DNA from: Zygnema circumcarinatum SAG 698-1b
Taxonomy: Eukaryota; Plantae; Zygnematophyceae
Length of the DNA: 64,000 bases
Assembly: GCA_037447605.1 (NCBI GenBank)
Contig: CM074812.1
Location: 2,046,001-2,110,000, forward strand
Direction: 5' to 3'
Part shown: positions 60,131-64,000 of the stretch, piece by piece
Position numbering within the stretch: the stretch's first letter is position 1
Layout of the letters: each line of letters starts with the position of its first letter
Program-made: the position numbers and the translations under genes
The notes under the pieces: model-generated
What the model saw: only the letters and a program-made list of their open reading frames with translations
Databases searched by the model: none
Told to the model about the DNA's origin: nothing

Positions 60131-62577
60131 ATGGGTGCCGGACAGAGCACCATCCCTTTACCGAACGACGACGCAGAGGGCGAAGAGCAGTTTCAGGATG
60201 CCTCCAGCTCCTCTTTCGCCCCCAAATACAGCGTCTCTCTCGCGCCCAGCTCCTCCTCCACCGTCAGGCTGTACAAGCACGAAGGGGGAGCGGGTGCTGC
60301 AGGGAAATACGTTCTAGTTGCACCTTCGGTTCCATGGTTGTTTGCCAAATTAAATGATGGTGGGAGTGGGGAGGGAGAGGATGAGGACGAGGAGGAAGAG
60401 GAGGAGGAGGAGGTGGGAGGGAAGAAGCCATGGCTTCGGAAGAGAGAAGAAGCTGCTGGGAGAGGGGGCGGAGGGGAGGCCAGCTGGCATCTGCTCCTGG
60501 TGGGGAGGGTAACAGCGAAAGTGGATGAAAGGATGGGGGTGATGTTCAATGATGAGCAGGCGAGAATTGACTTCGTTGCGGGTGATGTGTGGGCCATTCG
60601 GTTCAAGAAACCGACTGAATACAGTGAGTTCGGAGAAATGTGGAAGAAATGTCTGTTTGAAAACACGTACGGAGTCGACGATACAATGGCGAATAGAACG
60701 AAGATTTTTGGAAAGGAGTTTGTGGATTGGGGAGAGGGAGAGGATGGGGACGAGAGTATGTGGGATGCCGAGGAGAATTTGGAGGAAGGGAAAGAGGCAA
60801 AGAGAGAGAGGCAGAAGGAGAGCAACCACTTGAAGAATACTGATGTGCAGGAGACCTTCCGAAGCACTCCCAAAGGGAAGGGGGTTCAGAGCATTACTAT
60901 GGGAGCCCTTCAAAACAGTTATCTTATTCATGGGTCCGGCATAGATGTCTACAGGAATAGAGATCGAGGGCTGGAAGGAACAGATTTGTCGGTAATGTTT
61001 GGAGAGAGAGGGAGAGGAGGAGGAGGAGGAGGAGGAGGGTGGTTAACACCAAAGAAGGGCCTCTTGATGAGAGAGGAAAGCACAATGATGCTCATGTCTC
61101 CGTCGAGGGAGGACATGATGCATGCTACAGGTATGTGTCTGAAGGATATTTGGGGTGCCTACAATTTCATTTTTTTTTTCTAAGTTTTTAAAGTCCTTAC
61201 AGTCTGAAACGATTTTGGTGGTTTTTGCGAGGAAATGTCTTAATGAACTCTTAAGATTTTTTTGGTTTTCCGGAAGGGGGGGACTGATATTTGGGACATA
61301 TGGAGGGCTCGAGAATCCGTTTTGAATGTTGAATTGCGTTTTGAATGTATCTCGAATCCTGTCTCAAGAATAATGAAAGAATAAAGCACGAATTATTCTG
61401 AACCCTAGAACTAAAACCCATAACTGAATTAACCTGCTCTCTCTCCTCTCTGCAGGTGTTCGCCAAGTGGACCTCAACACAGAAAAGGTGGTCGCCAACT
61501 GGCAGTTCGAAAAGGACGGAACACCAATTTCTATGCGAGACATTGTCGCCGATTCAAAGTCAGCTCAACTTGAACCAAATTCAAGCTTTTTGGGGCTCGA
61601 CGATAACCGGCTTTGCAGGTGGGATATGAGAGACCCCCACGGTATAGTACAGGACTTAACCAGTCCATCAGTCCTTAGCTGGAATATGGGTCACCAGTTT
61701 TCTAGAGGCACAAATTTCACATGTTGTGCAACAACGGGTTCGGGAGCAATAGCAGTGGGTTCGAAGGATGGCAAGGTGAGGATGTACGGAAACTCAGTTA
61801 TGAATAGGGCAAAGAGTGTGTTTCCAGGGGCGGGTTTTGGGCCGGTGACGCACATTGACGTTACCTTTGATGGGAAGTGGATAGTAGCGACCACAGACAC
61901 ATGTGTGGTTGTGTTGAGTACTGTCTATTATGACAAGAATGGGGGAGAGAAGACTGGCTTTGAAGGGAGGATGGGAGGAAAGATGGGAGCGCCGAGACTC
62001 CTGAAACTCAATCCTATAGATGCGCATCGAGCGGGAACAAACGCATGCTTCCGAAAAGCGCAGTTCTCATGGGTGAGCTCCCTAACTCCCTCACAACCCT
62101 CCCCCTCCCTCTCCCCTCCCCCCTCCCCCCTCCCTNNNNNNNNNNCCCTCCCCTCCCCTCCCTCTCTCCTCCCATCCCTCCCTTCTCCCTTCTCCCTTCT
62201 CCCTTCTCCCCTCCCCCCTTCCTTCCCTCCCCTACCTCCCTATAACCCTTAATAAACCCAACGACCCTTTCCTTAAAAGACCCACTTGCCCCACTGTGCT
62301 GCAGGTCACGGATAGCGACCGCCCAGAACGCAACATTGTCGTTTCCGTGGGACAGTTCTCCGTTGTGTGGAATTTTCGGCGAGTGAAGCAGACAGAGCAC
62401 GAATGCTACCGCTCGGCCGTCGGCGGATTCAAAACATGTTTTTGTTACCGAGTGGTTTCCGGGGAAGAGGCAATCGTGGAGAGCAGGTTCATGCACGACA
62501 ATTTCATGGGATTTGGGTCCCCTGTTGCGCCGCTAATCGTTGCCACGCCGGACGTCGTCTCCTCATTCAATGTCTGA
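60131..62577 (+). CDS. VID27: VID27/CYPRO4 family protein (vacuolar import and degradation 27, WD40-like)
   Basis: Exons 60131-61130, 61456-62072, 62305-62577. Motifs: CLFENTYG, MGALQNSYL, LLMREESTMMLMSP, DLNTEKVVANWQF, FLGLDDNRLCRWDMRD, GHQFSRGTNFTCCATTG.G.IAVGS.DG.VRMY, VTHIDVTFDGKWIVATTD, SRFMHDNF. The N-terminus MGAGQS fits N-myristoylation. Confidence 0.95.
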
Positions 62578-63700
62578 AGTCAGGGTTCAGGGTTTAGGGT
62601 TTAGGGTTCAGGGTGGAGAGTGGGGGGTCTATAATGTAGGGTTCAGTTGTGAAGTCAGTTGAGAAGTCAGTTGTGAAGTCTTCAGTTACGGACTGACGTT
62701 AATAACAGGGGGGTGAACTCTTTGAATACCTCTCTCGCACGCTTCAGAGCTCGACTGCTGTAAGAGAGGGATGGGGATGAAGTGAGGAGACGGGAGGAAA
62801 GGAGGTGGGGAGGGAGGCAAGGAGAAAGGGAAGGATGGAGGGAGGAGGTAGAGAGGGAGGGAGGGAGGAAGGAGTGTGAGAGAGGGGCTTGGAGCTGTGG
62901 TCACGGAAACGCACGAGCGGTGACAGGTTTTCTGAACATGTAAAGAGCAGATGTATGTAGATGTAGGTCATGCATTGGTCATCATCATCATCATCATCAT
63001 GACCCATGGGTATATGTGGCATGCATGCGCCATGCATGTAGTCGCTGTCTGCACGTTTGTACACTCAACAGAACCAGAATAATCTTTTTGCCTGAATCGA
63101 TTTTTCAATTTTTCATGCACATGATGACTAGCTGATGATTAAGTAACTGGCTAACTAAAACTGTGACAGAAAACAACCACAGTTCTCCTCTGACCTCCTC
63201 TCTGGACCCCTGTTGAGAAGAAATATGAGCCTTCCCATCGGACATCTCCTGTGCTGACATCAGCCCTAAAGCCTAAAACATTCTCTTTCTCATTTTCTTT
63301 CTGAACCCTAACGCTCTCAAGGAGCTCCTCTCTTAAAAAGAAAGAAAAAAAACTCAATATTAAAAAAGGGACGAAAAACTCCGTCACTCAAACAGCCTAA
63401 AGTACTCCCTGCGCACTCTCTCTCTCTCTCTGACTCTCTGTCTCTCTCTCTCTTCCTTCCTCTCTCACTGCGGCTCTCGCTCTCTCTCTCTCGCTCTTTC
63501 TCGCTTTCTATCTCGTACTGCGCTCATCCCCCGCACTCTCTCTGCCTCTTTCATCCATCTTCTCACTCTCTGTAACCTTTCATGCCCAGCCGCTACATTC
63601 CTCTCCTTCTCTCCCCTTTGTAGGTCTCTCTCCCCCCAACCCCTCTCTCTCTCCCTCTCTCTCTCTCACTCCCGTTCTCTCTCTCGCTCTCCCTCACGCT

Positions 63701-64000
63701 CTACTTCGCCTTCTCCTCAGAGCTCGAACTTCCAAAAGCTGAAGTGAGTGACTCCAAGGAAAAGAATTCTTTCACCCGGTCCAACACACTCTTCATTTTG
63801 CTTTCCGCCGGGATCTGTTGAGAGAGAGAGAGAGAGAGAACGAGAGAGAGGGAGACAGAGACAGAGAGAGAGAAAGAGAGAGCACATTTAGTATCGACTT
63901 AGGTTTAATGAAGCAGTTTATGAAACACTGGGAAAGCGAGAGGAAAATTTTTCCTTTATCCTGCTCTCACCTTGATCACATTGGTTCCCGCAATGGAGCC
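63701..64000 (-). CDS. Last two exons of an unidentified gene extending beyond the window
   Basis: >64000-63971 (GSIAGTNVIK|GTGAGA) is spliced in phase 0 to CAG|63814-63701 (IPAESKMKSVLDRVKEFFSLESLTSAFGSSSSEEKAK*), with a (CT)n tract before the acceptor. Confidence 0.6.

Overview
Eukaryotic nuclear DNA, gene-dense and intron-rich, with introns full of CT/GA low-complexity tracts and six 10-N assembly gaps. The genes are land-plant-type orthologues (group-III patatin, COL9/10-type B-box/CCT, JMJ13/JMJ706-type demethylase, plant Pur-alpha, CYPRO4/VID27, DUF3531), but a P5B-ATPase is also present. I therefore infer a non-embryophyte streptophyte alga; this is inference, not a database result. 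Gene models were built by hand from splice sites and motifs. In order: P5B-type ATPase (+, 5'-truncated), WDR46/UTP7 (-), patatin pPLAIII-like (+), PURA (-), DUF3531 (-), CONSTANS-like (-), RPS8 (-), C1D/RRP47 (+), a two-exon fructosamine-3-kinase remnant (-, only partly visible in the ORF track), JmjN/JmjC/C5HC2 demethylase (+), VID27 (+), and the 3' end of an unidentified gene (-). Most long ORFs in the supplied track are artefacts of repeat DNA. The best leads are: altered substrate-pocket residues in the P5B pump (PPQLP; Asp-to-Asn); a pPLAIII with a canonical catalytic Ser; the FN3K remnant abutting a telomere-like array; an AT-hook plus giant tail on the demethylase; recurrent TTTTTAGGG arrays; three terminal-inverted-repeat elements; and many 3' splice sites with G/purine-rich instead of pyrimidine-rich context. 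I found no CRISPR array, tRNA, rRNA or autonomous transposon, and no single multi-gene novel system that I can support.
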